Positions 25,614-34,666 are shown, counted from the stretch's first letter. The stretch is 49,470 bases of DNA from Lachnospiraceae bacterium (GCA_024683155.1 JAIKYN010000036.1:1-49470), one strand, 5' to 3'. Numbers and translations are program-made. The notes: a model not told the origin generated them from the sequence alone.

Positions 25614-25994
25614 TCAGTTCTCCTCCTCTGTCTTCTGAGGGCCCATCGGTGCTTCCTGACGGATCCGGTACAACTTGTTCTCGTAGTCCAGATTGATCAT
25701 CTTGATCTTCACACCAAAGAGTTCCTTCATCTCATTTTCGTAAAATACTGCAGCCGGTACGATCTCGGTGATACTGGGGATCTCGGTTGCGGGATCGATC
25801 ACCACACGAAGATTGTGCAGCTGATACGTCTCATAATCGGAAAAGGAATAGCTCAGCTCGAACTTTCCGTCTACAAAGGCAGCACATGCCTGAGAGAAAC
25901 GATATCCGGACTTGGTCAGTTCCAGAGATCTCTTAAGAAGATCGTCTGCTTCGATGACTTCCAGAATGTTTTCAGGATTTCTGATTTCACCCAT
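25614..25994 (-). CDS. echD: Ech small hydrophilic subunit (EchD, truncated NuoC-like)
   Basis: 126 aa. AVFYENEMKELFGVKI resembles the NuoC ERE-x-x-D-x-FG motif. Start is tightly coupled to the echC stop (TAATG). Confidence 0.8.
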   Translation of the reverse strand: MGEIRNPENILEVIEADDLLKRSLELTKSGYRFSQACAAFVDGKFELSYSFSDYETYQLHNLRVVIDPATEIPSITEIVPAAVFYENEMKELFGVKIKMINLDYENKLYRIRQEAPMGPQKTEEEN

Positions 25995-26467
25995 TAGTTC
26001 TGTGCTCCTTTCTTTGCAGCCTTCTTCTTTTCCTTCACCTGCGCCTTGTATTCATTGGAGCGCTGCTGGAAAATACCGACTGCCTTAATGATGCCGTCCA
26101 TGATGGCCTGCGGTCTTGCCGCACATCCGGGAACGTATACGTCCACGGGAATGGTAGTATCCGCACCACCTAAGATGTTGTAGCAATCCTTGAACACGCC
26201 GCCGGTACAAGCGCATACGCCAACTGCAACCACAACTTTGGGTCTGGGCATCTGATCATATAACTGCTTTACTGTATCCTGGTTCTGGGAATTAATACCG
26301 CCGGTTACCAGGAGAATATCTGCCTGCATCGGGTCACCTGTGTTCATGACACCCAGTCGTTCTGCGTCATAAACAGGAGTCAGGCAGGCAAGTACTTCAA
26401 TATCACATCCGTTACAGCTGGATCCATCGTAATGGAGCAGCCAGGGAGATCTTGTAATGTTTGCCAT
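25994..26467 (-). CDS. echC: Ech hydrogenase small subunit (EchC/NuoB-like)
   Basis: Fe-S ligand cysteines CNGCDIE, GVCACTGG and PGCAARP. Confidence 0.92.
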   Translation of the reverse strand: MANITRSPWLLHYDGSSCNGCDIEVLACLTPVYDAERLGVMNTGDPMQADILLVTGGINSQNQDTVKQLYDQMPRPKVVVAVGVCACTGGVFKDCYNILGGADTTIPVDVYVPGCAARPQAIMDGIIKAVGIFQQRSNEYKAQVKEKKKAAKKGAQN

Positions 26468-26485
26468 CGTTTCTACCTCTTACCT

Positions 26486-27349
26486 TTACTTCATAATCAT
26501 GAGAACCACCAGGTTAACGCCTGCAGAGAAGAAGGTGAGGATCCAGGTGATCTTCAACATATCCTGCCACTTCATACGGGCACTGGAGTTATCAATCAGG
26601 ATTTCCAGGAAATATACTGCCAGGATCACCAGAACCGCTGCGAGGATGCTGATGGGATTGGTATTTACAACAAACAGACCGATCACACCTAAAAGGAATA
26701 CATTCTCGTACCACTCGGTTACCTGGAACAGAGCCAGGTTCTTGGAACCCATCTCTGTGGTAAGGCCCTTGACCAGCTCCTGATGCATATGATGAGAAGT
26801 ACTGGTATCAAAGGGAGACTTACGCATCTTAATGGTAAGGATAAATACAAAGGCTACAAAACAACCGGGTAAATATACCAGATAGCTGACAGATGTCTGA
26901 GCGATATCCCCTACGTTAAAGCTGCCGGCTGCCAGATAGAAACCTACGCAGGTAAGCAGTACGGCAGGCTCATAAGCCATCATCTGGATCAGCTCTCTCT
27001 GTGCTCCGATGGAAGAATAAGGAGAACTGGTTACCACTGCTGCAAAATACAGGAAAGTTGCAGCGGTGGATAAGATGAAGAAGCACATCAGCATATCACT
27101 GCCTGCCCAGAACATAACACCGGTCAGGACCATGAGAATAAAATAGGTCAGGATCAGGAATGTCTGAGCGGTTGCCACGTTAATGGTTTCCTTGTTAAAT
27201 AACTTGATCACATCGTAGAACGGCTGTAAAAGCGGAGGTCCTACTCTTCGCTGCATCTTTGCGGAGATCTTACGATCGATCCCCTCCAGCAGACCACCGA
27301 TAAAAGGTGCCAGCAGAATATAGCAGATCACTAAAATCCATTTACTCAC
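26486..27349 (-). CDS. echB: Ech membrane subunit (EchB/NuoH-like)
   Basis: 8-TM profile. RRVGPPLLQPFYDVIKL is a NuoH/HycD-type motif. GTG start overlaps the echA TGA (GTGA). Confidence 0.9.
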   Translation of the reverse strand: MSKWILVICYILLAPFIGGLLEGIDRKISAKMQRRVGPPLLQPFYDVIKLFNKETINVATAQTFLILTYFILMVLTGVMFWAGSDMLMCFFILSTAATFLYFAAVVTSSPYSSIGAQRELIQMMAYEPAVLLTCVGFYLAAGSFNVGDIAQTSVSYLVYLPGCFVAFVFILTIKMRKSPFDTSTSHHMHQELVKGLTTEMGSKNLALFQVTEWYENVFLLGVIGLFVVNTNPISILAAVLVILAVYFLEILIDNSSARMKWQDMLKITWILTFFSAGVNLVVLMIMK

Positions 27350-29265
27350 AGACTCACACCTCCTAAGATCATACTTAACATAATTACCAGAAATGCAAGT
27401 GCAAAGATCTGGCTGGGGATCATCAGCTTACGCTGACCGATCACCTTGTGGAAATAGAAATTGGACAACCACAGAGTCTTCTCATCGCCGAAGGAATCGG
27501 TAAACTTGCGGTTATCACCGGTATTGATACCGTTCATATAAGAAAGCACGAACGTCTTACGCATTCTCTTACTGTATGCATAGGAAAGCACCGGTACTGC
27601 AAATACCACAACGATAACGGCCACCAGGGTATACAGGACACCCTGCGGGAGAACGTTCTGTGCCTCACCGAACATGCTGGTGATCAGAGGATTCACATAA
27701 ACCTCGGACAGCATGGGGAATAACATACACAGCAGAACCATAAGGACTGCATGGATGGTCAGGGAGAAAGTCTCATTGGGCTTGGTCACATCCCGGAAGG
27801 TCTTCTCTTTCAAATGGCTGGCACTGATGATCTTGCCCATCCACTTGGTCCAGTAGAAGGAAGTGGTGGCAGAACCGAAGCAGATGAAGAATACCAGCAT
27901 GATATTACGCTCATCTACAGATGCCTTCAGGGCAGACCACTTGGAGATCAGCATACCGAAGGGTGCCAGGAACATACCTGCGATACCGATGAACATGAAA
28001 ATGGCCAGTCTGGGCAGAATGAACAGCAGACCGTGCATATCTTCCACATCTCTGGAATGGAGGCAGTTCTCGGTTGCTCCAACGTCCTGGAATAACAGGG
28101 ACTTGGAGATCGCATGGAACAGCATTAAGAATACAGCAGCCCAGATGGTTTCCGGAGTACCTACGCCGGCGCAGGCAACCATCAGACCTAAGTTGGAGAT
28201 GGTGGAGAACGCCAGAACCTTCTTGGCATCACTTTGTGCGATGGCCATGAAGGAGGTGATCAGGAATGTGAAGCCGCCGATGAAAGCGATCATGGTACCG
28301 GTTGTGGTCTCAGCCATTGCAGGAGACAGACGAAGGAGGACATAGATGCCTGCCTTAACCATCGTGGCACTATGCAGCAGTGCGGAAGAAGGTGTGGGCG
28401 CAACCATGGCTCCGATCAGCCAGGTTGAGAACGGCATCTGTGCTGCCTTGGTCAGTGCTGCAAAAGCGATCAGTGCAACGGGAATGGTAGCAACTACCTT
28501 GCCGGCTACACCTGCTTCAACCAGAGCATGCAAAGAAACAGTACCTGCATTGTATCCGAAATAAACAATTCCGATCGCCAGCGCAGTACCGCCGAATAAG
28601 TTCATCCATAATGCACGGAAGGAATTGTGGATCGCCTGCTCTTCCTTGGTATAACCGATCAGCAGGAAGGAAATGATGCTGGTCAGTTCCCAGAAGAAAT
28701 CGATCCAAAGCAGATCCTCGGAAAGTACAAAGCCAAACATCGCACCTAAAAACAGGAACAGCAGAGAGAAGAAATAATATCTGCGATCTTCCAGGTCCGC
28801 ATGATGCTTGTGATAACCGTGCATGTAACCTACGGCATAGATGATGATCAGAGTTCCGATCACCGCAATGATCAGTACCATTAAAATGGAAAGATGATCG
28901 ATGTAAATGTGATCACACTCTTCCACCTCCGGGCCGTAAAGCTCAAAATATGCGATTAACATTGTGGGAATGATAGAAAGTAAACTGATCCAGTACTTTC
29001 TATACTTGAAACACAATACCGTTACAAATACCATGAGCAACAGCTCTGCGCCAAGGATCACATGATCCACCAGCTCCGTATCTGCATAACAGGTAATGGT
29101 CGTGCATCCACCCATGATCCACTGAACCAGCAACGTAAGTGCGGCACCGACGATCACGGCTGAACAGACATACGCAAGCGCTGCTCTCGCCTTGCTGTTT
29201 CTTGTTAAAAACATAACGAACGAAACGCAAAAAGGGAACAGTACTAAGAATGGAACAACTGCCAT
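27346..29265 (-). CDS. echA: Ech membrane antiporter-like subunit (EchA/NuoL-like)
   Basis: 639 aa, about 16 TM helices. Antiporter-type motifs (WLIGAMVAPTPSSALLHSATMVKAGIY). GGAGG RBS. Confidence 0.9.
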   Translation of the reverse strand: MAVVPFLVLFPFCVSFVMFLTRNSKARAALAYVCSAVIVGAALTLLVQWIMGGCTTITCYADTELVDHVILGAELLLMVFVTVLCFKYRKYWISLLSIIPTMLIAYFELYGPEVEECDHIYIDHLSILMVLIIAVIGTLIIIYAVGYMHGYHKHHADLEDRRYYFFSLLFLFLGAMFGFVLSEDLLWIDFFWELTSIISFLLIGYTKEEQAIHNSFRALWMNLFGGTALAIGIVYFGYNAGTVSLHALVEAGVAGKVVATIPVALIAFAALTKAAQMPFSTWLIGAMVAPTPSSALLHSATMVKAGIYVLLRLSPAMAETTTGTMIAFIGGFTFLITSFMAIAQSDAKKVLAFSTISNLGLMVACAGVGTPETIWAAVFLMLFHAISKSLLFQDVGATENCLHSRDVEDMHGLLFILPRLAIFMFIGIAGMFLAPFGMLISKWSALKASVDERNIMLVFFICFGSATTSFYWTKWMGKIISASHLKEKTFRDVTKPNETFSLTIHAVLMVLLCMLFPMLSEVYVNPLITSMFGEAQNVLPQGVLYTLVAVIVVVFAVPVLSYAYSKRMRKTFVLSYMNGINTGDNRKFTDSFGDEKTLWLSNFYFHKVIGQRKLMIPSQIFALAFLVIMLSMILGGVSL

Positions 29266-29325
29266 ATTTTAACCTCCGTGGCTTTCAATATAAATTATTT
29301 ACTCGCGCCTTTTTACCAAATATAG

Positions 29326-29354
29326 ATTATAGGATATTACGATATAAAAGTCCA
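29326..29354 (-). promoter_or_regulatory. Candidate promoter of the ech-hyp operon
   Basis: Minus strand: TGGACT (29354-29349), 17-nt spacer, TATAAT (29331-29326), about 55 nt upstream of the echA ATG. Confidence 0.5.
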
Positions 29355-29440
29355 CGCAGAAAACGAACAAAAAAACATTTTTGTGTATTTTTTAACGAAC
29401 ATTTTTCCAATCCCCCCTCCCCCCATAAAAAAAGCCCTGT

Positions 29441-29469
29441 TTTTCAGTAAAACAGTGCTGTGCTATAAT
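29441..29469 (+). promoter_or_regulatory. Candidate extended -10 promoter of hypA copy 2
   Basis: TTTTCA (29441-29446), 17-nt spacer, TGcTATAAT (29461-29469). Confidence 0.5.
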
Positions 29470-29500
29470 AACAGAAAATGAGGATTGGAAATATAAAAAA

Positions 29501-29845
29501 ATGCATGAAATGAGCTACATGATCCGCCTGATCAACCTGGCGGAACAAACTGCCCGAGAGCAGAATATCACGGATATCAAAACCATGACGGTAGAGGTAG
29601 GAGCCATGACCGGCGTCCTTCCCTACTATCTGAATAAGTATTTCCCCACTGCAGCGCAGGGGACTTTGCTGGAGCATGCTACCCTGGAGATCATCGAGAT
29701 CCCCGTTACCACAAGGTGCGATGATTGTGGGAAAGAATACGCTCCTTCCAAAGACAACGAATATTCCTGTCCCCACTGCGGCAGCAAGAACGGCACCGTG
29801 ATCGCAGGACGGGAAGTAACCCTTCGCAGTATCATGGCCGAATAA
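29501..29845 (+). CDS. hypA: Hydrogenase nickel-insertion metallochaperone HypA (copy 2)
   Basis: MHEMSYM N-terminus and Zn motif CDDC...CPHCG. Same length class as copy 1 but clearly diverged in sequence. Confidence 0.9.
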   Translation: MHEMSYMIRLINLAEQTAREQNITDIKTMTVEVGAMTGVLPYYLNKYFPTAAQGTLLEHATLEIIEIPVTTRCDDCGKEYAPSKDNEYSCPHCGSKNGTVIAGREVTLRSIMAE

Positions 29846-29874
29846 ACCAATATCTCACAGATCAGGAGGAAATC

Positions 29875-30510
29875 ATGCCGGAAGTAAAAGAAGTCAGAGA
29901 ACCCGTTATCATTGGTATTGCAGGCGGAACCGGATCCGGTAAATCCACCTTTACCAATCGGATCAAAGATATGTACGGAGATCGTGTCTCCGTGCTGTAC
30001 CATGACAGCTATTACAGGGCACAGGACAATCTGTCCCTGGAAGAGCGGATGAAAGTAAACTACGATCATCCCGACTCACTGGAAACGGAACTGCTGCTGG
30101 AGCATTTAAAGGAGCTGAAGGCCGGAAAAGCCATTGAATCTCCTGTTTATGATTATACCCAGCACAATCGTTCCAAAGAAACCGTAACCGTAAAACCCAC
30201 GGATGTCATCCTTCTGGAAGGCATCCTGGTCCTGGCAGACGCAAAACTGCGTAAGCTTCTGGATATTAAGATCTTCGTGGATACCGATGCCGACGAACGG
30301 ATCCTTCGCCGTGTCCGCAGAGATACACTGGAACGGGGAAGGTCCATTCAAAGCATCATCGATCAGTATCTGGCAACCGTTAAGCCCATGCACAACAAGT
30401 ACGTGGAGCCCAGTAAGGCTTACGCCGATATCGTGGTAAACGGCGGGCTCAATGACGTAGCCCTGGACATCGTCGCAACCAAGGTTGCCAAGATCCTGAA
30501 ACTGGATTAA
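29875..30510 (+). CDS. udk: Uridine kinase
   Basis: Start at ATG 29875 (MPEVKEV) with AGGAGG upstream. P-loop GIAGGTGSGKST plus YDHPDS and the full Udk pattern. The longer ORF-track N-terminus overlaps hypA. Confidence 0.92.
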   Translation: MPEVKEVREPVIIGIAGGTGSGKSTFTNRIKDMYGDRVSVLYHDSYYRAQDNLSLEERMKVNYDHPDSLETELLLEHLKELKAGKAIESPVYDYTQHNRSKETVTVKPTDVILLEGILVLADAKLRKLLDIKIFVDTDADERILRRVRRDTLERGRSIQSIIDQYLATVKPMHNKYVEPSKAYADIVVNGGLNDVALDIVATKVAKILKLD

Positions 30511-30515
30511 ATCCT

Positions 30516-31961
30516 TTATTTCATTTCTTTCAGAACTTCCAGAAGATATTCCCATACTCTCTGAGAAGAAGAGATACTCAGCTTCTCGTTGGGGGTATGG
30601 ATATCTTTCATATCAGGTCCGATGGAAACCGCATCCAGATCCGGTTTCTTATCCATCAGAAGACCGCATTCAAGGCCGGCGTGGATCACAACCACTTCCG
30701 GCTCTTTGTTATATACCTTCTTATATACCCGGATCATTTCCTCTCTAAGAGGGGATTCCTGCTTATAAGCCCATCCCGGGTACAATCCTCTCAAAGAACT
30801 TTCACACCCTGCAAGGGATGCTACGGCACGAACCTTTTGGATCAGAGCTTCCTTCTCCGATGCAACGGAACTACGCACGGAGAATCCCAGGCTGACCACC
30901 TTATTTTCCGTACGTACCAGACCCATGTTCAGAGAAGTCTGAACCAGTCCTTCCACATCGGAACTCATGGTCTGTACGCCGCCCGGCATTACAAGGATCA
31001 GCTGCGCAAATTTCGCCGTATCTTCCGCAGACATAACTTCTGCGTCCTGATCGTTCTTCTGTGTGATCAGGATCTCCACTTCCGGATCCCGTACATACAA
31101 TTCCTGCCGGATCTCTTTTTCCAGTGCATGGATCTGATCCACCACTGCTTCCGTATCTTCCGGAGAAACGAGGATCACTGCCGTGGCCTCTCTGGGGATG
31201 GCATTGTCCGCATTGCCGCCTTCCATTTCCTTAAGATATATACCACGCCCTGCAAGCACATTCAGTACGCGTCCCATAAGGCAGTTGGCATTTCCTCTGG
31301 CCTTATGGATCTCTTCACCGGAATGACCTCCCAGAAGACCGGTAATGGTAACGGTGAGCAGATTTCCTTTACGGATACTATAGGGTGCCTTATACAGCAC
31401 ATCCACACGTCCGCCACCGGCACAACCAACGGTAAACACTCCTTCTTCTTCGGAATCGATGTTGATCAGCTTCTTACCCTTCAGGGCAGAAAGATCAATA
31501 TCTCTTGCTCCGTCCATGCCGCCTTCTTCGTTCACCGTAAGGATCACTTCCAAAGCCGGGTGGGGAATATCCTTTGCATCCAGCAGAGCCAGGGCATATG
31601 CTACTGCAATACCGTCATCGCCACCCAGGGTGGTTCCTTCCGCATAAAGATAATCTCCTTCTACGCCCAGGCGTAAAGGATCGGTGAGCAGATCCATATC
31701 CACACCGGGATCCTTGGCCAGCACCATATCCATATGTCCCTGCAGGATCACAGGTTCGCACTGTTCATAACCGGCAGTGGCAGGTTTCTTGATGATCACA
31801 TTCTTTGCAGCATCCTGGATGTACTCCAGACCTCGCTGTCTGGCAAAATCTGCCGCGTAATCGCTGATCGCATCCACATGATAGGTTCCTCTGGGGATCT
31901 GGCTGATCTCCTCAAAGAAATGAAAAACGTTCTGTGGCTGCAGTCCGTCTAACTTACCCAT
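30516..31961 (-). CDS. pepD: Aminoacyl-histidine dipeptidase (M20C)
   Basis: Alignable by eye to E. coli PepD (KKPATAGYE...LQGHMDMV...GTTLGGDDGIAVAYALALL). Confidence 0.9.
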   Translation of the reverse strand: MGKLDGLQPQNVFHFFEEISQIPRGTYHVDAISDYAADFARQRGLEYIQDAAKNVIIKKPATAGYEQCEPVILQGHMDMVLAKDPGVDMDLLTDPLRLGVEGDYLYAEGTTLGGDDGIAVAYALALLDAKDIPHPALEVILTVNEEGGMDGARDIDLSALKGKKLINIDSEEEGVFTVGCAGGGRVDVLYKAPYSIRKGNLLTVTITGLLGGHSGEEIHKARGNANCLMGRVLNVLAGRGIYLKEMEGGNADNAIPREATAVILVSPEDTEAVVDQIHALEKEIRQELYVRDPEVEILITQKNDQDAEVMSAEDTAKFAQLILVMPGGVQTMSSDVEGLVQTSLNMGLVRTENKVVSLGFSVRSSVASEKEALIQKVRAVASLAGCESSLRGLYPGWAYKQESPLREEMIRVYKKVYNKEPEVVVIHAGLECGLLMDKKPDLDAVSIGPDMKDIHTPNEKLSISSSQRVWEYLLEVLKEMK

Positions 31962-32016
31962 AGCTTATCTCATCCCTTCTGTTTATTTCCCGTATGACGG
32001 GATCTGTCTAAATACG

Positions 32017-32044
32017 AACAAAAGCCTGTGTTTCCACACAGGCT
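32017..32044 (-). terminator. Intrinsic terminator after rplT
   Basis: 8-bp stem AGCCTGTG (32023-32030) / CACAGGCT (32037-32044). The minus strand reads into TTTTGTT. Confidence 0.65.
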
Positions 32045-32058
32045 TTCCATATTCATGA

Positions 32059-32415
32059 TTAGTTCAGTTTGCTCTTTGCAAGCTCTGCAAGGGTTGTAAA
32101 ACCTTCTGCATCGTTTACTGCCAGCTCAGCCAGCATCTTACGGTTGATATCAACATTTGCCAGCTTTAAGCCATGCATTAACTTGCTGTAAGATAAACCG
32201 TTCAGTCTTGCTGCTGCATTGATACGAACGATCCACAGCTGTCTGAACTGACGCTTTCTCTGCTTTCTGCCTGCATAAGCAGATGTTAATGCTCTCATAA
32301 CAGACTGCTTTGCGATTCTGTACTGCTTTGATCTTGCTCCGTAATAACCCTTTGCAAGCTTTAATACTCTATTATGCTTCTTTCTGGCGTTCATGCCGCC
32401 TTTAACTCTAGCCAT
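32059..32415 (-). CDS. rplT: 50S ribosomal protein L20
   Basis: [29 protein letters not shown]... Confidence 0.97.
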   Translation of the reverse strand: MARVKGGMNARKKHNRVLKLAKGYYGARSKQYRIAKQSVMRALTSAYAGRKQRKRQFRQLWIVRINAAARLNGLSYSKLMHGLKLANVDINRKMLAELAVNDAEGFTTLAELAKSKLN

Positions 32416-32464
32416 TTTAAATAACTCCTTTCAAACATATGATCCATCTTTAAAATCTGCGAAA

Positions 32465-32662
32465 TTATAAATAAGGTAAGATCTTCTTCATTGTCTTAAC
32501 ATTGGTTGCATCTGTAATCGCAGACTTTCTCAGATCTCTCTTACGCTTAGTAGTCTTCTTGGTCAGAATATGAGACTTGTACGCCTTATTTCTCTTTAAC
32601 TTTCCTGTACCTGTAGCTTTAAAACGCTTTGCAGCTGCTCTGCTTGTTTTCATCTTGGGCAT
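32465..32662 (-). CDS. rpmI: 50S ribosomal protein L35
   Basis: [33 protein letters not shown]... Confidence 0.97.
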   Translation of the reverse strand: MPKMKTSRAAAKRFKATGTGKLKRNKAYKSHILTKKTTKRKRDLRKSAITDATNVKTMKKILPYL

Positions 32663-32676
32663 AACTAAACTTCCTC

Positions 32677-33183
32677 CTATCGTTTCTCACATAAAAACAT
32701 TGTCATACTTCTGCCTTCCACTTTCGGAGCTTTCTCCACGGAAGCAATATCTGCCAGTGCCTCGGCAATATCGTCTAAGATATGCTTGCTGCTGTTCATA
32801 TGTGCCATCTCACGGCCACGGAAACGCAGTGTGATCTTAACGCGATCTCCCTTGGACAGGAACTTTCTGGCAGCAGACACCTTAGTGTTCAGATCATTGG
32901 TATCGATGTTGGGAGAAAGACGAATCTCCTTGATCTCAATGGTCTTCTGCTTCTTCTTAGCTTCTTTTTCTTTTCTGGTCTGTTCGTATTTGAACTTACC
33001 ATAATCAACGATTTTACAAACGGGAGGCTTAGCGGTAGGCGCAATCTTAACCAGGTCAACGCCGGCTTCCTGTGCCAGTGCCATGGCTTCTTTGGTGCTC
33101 ATTACTCCCAGCTGCTCTCCGTCCGCGCCGATAACACGAACTTCTTTGTCTCTGATCTGTTCATTGATGAATAAATCGCTAAT
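32677..33183 (-). CDS. infC: Translation initiation factor IF-3, ATT start codon
   Basis: The ORF-track entry starts at an internal Met. The frame stays open upstream and reads [27 protein letters not shown] from ATT (33183-33181), with GGAGGG 7 nt upstream. A non-AUG start is the known infC autoregulatory feature. Confidence 0.9.
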   Translation of the reverse strand: MSDLFINEQIRDKEVRVIGADGEQLGVMSTKEAMALAQEAGVDLVKIAPTAKPPVCKIVDYGKFKYEQTRKEKEAKKKQKTIEIKEIRLSPNIDTNDLNTKVSAARKFLSKGDRVKITLRFRGREMAHMNSSKHILDDIAEALADIASVEKAPKVEGRSMTMFLCEKR

Positions 33184-33189
33184 GGTTTT

Positions 33190-33345
33190 TCCCTCCTGTA
33201 AACGGGTGCATAAAAAAAGTGGATAGCATAACTATCCACTTTCAAATCTCATAAATAAGACCGGAACGCTTACCAGCAACTTAGGCCGTAAGGTGAGAGC
33301 GGATACTCTGCTTGTTGTCTTGCATCAATATGCAACTTACTTTGA
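33190..33345 (-). ncRNA. Ribosomal-protein L20-type leader / transcription attenuator upstream of infC
   Basis: Minus strand: candidate promoter TTGACT-17-TATCTT at about 33376-33348, then a structured leader. It ends in a 9-bp hairpin AGTGGATAG-TTATG-CTATCCACT plus seven T residues (33211-33240), just before the infC RBS. Position and layout fit the Firmicutes L20 leader. No covariance model was run. Confidence 0.55.
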
Positions 33346-33430
33346 TAAGATAACACCTGACTTACGGTAAGTCAAGCATTATTTTGATCTTCTTTCGTTG
33401 ATCTTTTTCGACCGCCTTACTTCACTGAAC

Positions 33431-33760
33431 TTATTTCTTTGCAGCTGCTTTCTTAGCCACTGCTGTCTTAGCGGTTGTGGTCTTGGTTGCTGCAGCCTTT
33501 ACGGTTGCTGTCTTAGCTGCTGCTGTCTTGGCTGCTGTCTTGGTTGCTGCTGTCTTAGCGGTTGCTGTCTTGGCAGTTGTGGTTTTTGCTGCTGCAGTCT
33601 TAGTGGCTGCTGTCTTGGCAGTTGTAGTTTTTGCTGCCGCAGTCTTAGCGGTTGCTGTCTTCTTTGCTGCAGTGGTCTTCTTTGCAACGGTGGTCTTCTT
33701 TGCTACTGCAGTCTTAGCAGTTGTGGTCTTGGCAGCAGTTTTCTTTACAGGGGCCTTAAA
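33431..33760. repeat. Coding low-complexity tandem repeat (GCTGC/TGTCTT periodicity, including one 45-nt duplication)
   Basis: Units 33564-33608 and 33609-33653 are the same 45-mer with about 5 mismatches. The surrounding 330 nt are variations on GCTGCTGTCTTGG. Confidence 0.8.
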
Positions 33761-34072
33761 AGAGATGGCATCAAATGCCAGCGCATCTTCATAGCTTCCT
33801 TCTGCCGCATTCTCTTCAAATAACTTGGAAAGCTTCTTCTTTCCGGTTACAACAGCGAGAGCATCCTCTGTGGAAACAAAGACGAGTACATTTCTGTCAT
33901 TGTATTCCCAGGGTTGTACATCGATCTGGCCGTCTTCCTTCACTTCTACGTAGAAAGCTCCTTCGCCTTCGCCTCTTACGTTGAACTGCACTGCAACATG
34001 CCGACCGACTCTTTCAGCACTTGCCTTTGCATATTCAGCTTCTGCCTTAGCAACTAACTCAAAAAAATTCAT
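33431..34072 (-). CDS. SCP2-like domain protein with a 105-aa Lys/Thr/Ala repeat tail
   Basis: N-terminus: VAVQFNVRGEGEGAFYVEVKEDGQIDVQPWEYNDRNVLVFVSTEDALAVVTGKKKL (SCP2-type pattern). The C-terminus consists only of K, T, A and V residues (TAKTAATKTAAAKTT...). GGAGGAG RBS. Confidence 0.8.
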   Translation of the reverse strand: MNFFELVAKAEAEYAKASAERVGRHVAVQFNVRGEGEGAFYVEVKEDGQIDVQPWEYNDRNVLVFVSTEDALAVVTGKKKLSKLFEENAAEGSYEDALAFDAISFKAPVKKTAAKTTTAKTAVAKKTTVAKKTTAAKKTATAKTAAAKTTTAKTAATKTAAAKTTTAKTATAKTAATKTAAKTAAAKTATVKAAATKTTTAKTAVAKKAAAKK

Positions 34073-34159
34073 AATAGAACAACTCCTCCCTTCAGATTGT
34101 CCCCGCAGCCCTATGCTACGTTTGCATCTTCTAGCATTATTACTTTTATCAGTAACCCC

Positions 34160-34666
34160 TTACCGATTCTTCCCACAGCACTTTTTGTATTTCTTACCGC
34201 TGCCGCAAGGACAAGGATCATTGGGGTATACCTTCGGTCCCTTACGAATGGTGGTAGACTGCTTCTGTTCCTTATAGAGTTCCTTACGCTTCTCTTCATC
34301 GAAGATCTCGTTCCACTCTTCCAGATTGTAAAGCCAGTCAGCATCTGCTGCCACCATGTTCTTATATAACAGTTCGGTATCAAAGCCCAGATTGACCTCG
34401 GTATCCTCGGTCATCTCCTCAATGGGATTGGCCTCCTTCAAACTGTCGTTAATGCCATCCAGAAAACCTGTCATGGTCATTAAGTCTACGCCGTACTTCT
34501 CCGCCAGTTCCTTAACAGTTCCCTTTACCACCTTCTTGGGAGAAGCCAGAAGCTGCTGATAGATCTCCTTCTCCTTCAGGAAATAATTCTGCCATAACTG
34601 CTGAAGTTGCTGCTTATTTGCGTTCTCATCATATGCTTTGGAACGCCACTGCTCTAATAAAGCCAT
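34160..34666 (-). CDS. SEC-C motif domain protein
   Basis: C-terminal [16 protein letters not shown] metal-binding motif. Confidence 0.8.
   Translation of the reverse strand: MALLEQWRSKAYDENANKQQLQQLWQNYFLKEKEIYQQLLASPKKVVKGTVKELAEKYGVDLMTMTGFLDGINDSLKEANPIEEMTEDTEVNLGFDTELLYKNMVAADADWLYNLEEWNEIFDEEKRKELYKEQKQSTTIRKGPKVYPNDPCPCGSGKKYKKCCGKNR

Noticed and set aside
29412-29424. G-quadruplex on the minus strand (GGGGGGAGGGGGG)
   Set aside because: There are only two G-runs, which is too few for a standard intramolecular four-tract quadruplex. The tract is kept only as part of the regulatory-region observation.
30597-31676. 359-aa plus-strand ORF
   Set aside because: It is antisense to pepD, which aligns convincingly with E. 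coli PepD.
33431-33760. Periodic repeats considered as a possible CRISPR array or satellite
   Set aside because: The period is 12-45 nt with no unique spacers, the repeats lie wholly inside a coding frame, and no cas genes are present in the window.
33398-33823. 141-aa Cys/Gly/Leu/Ser-rich plus-strand ORF that superficially resembles a Cys-rich or lanthipeptide-like peptide, plus the Q/R/P-rich minus-strand ORF at 33499-33687
   Set aside because: Both are alternate-frame or antisense readings of the K/T/A repeat tail. Only the 33431-34072 minus-strand frame has an RBS and a folded N-terminal domain.
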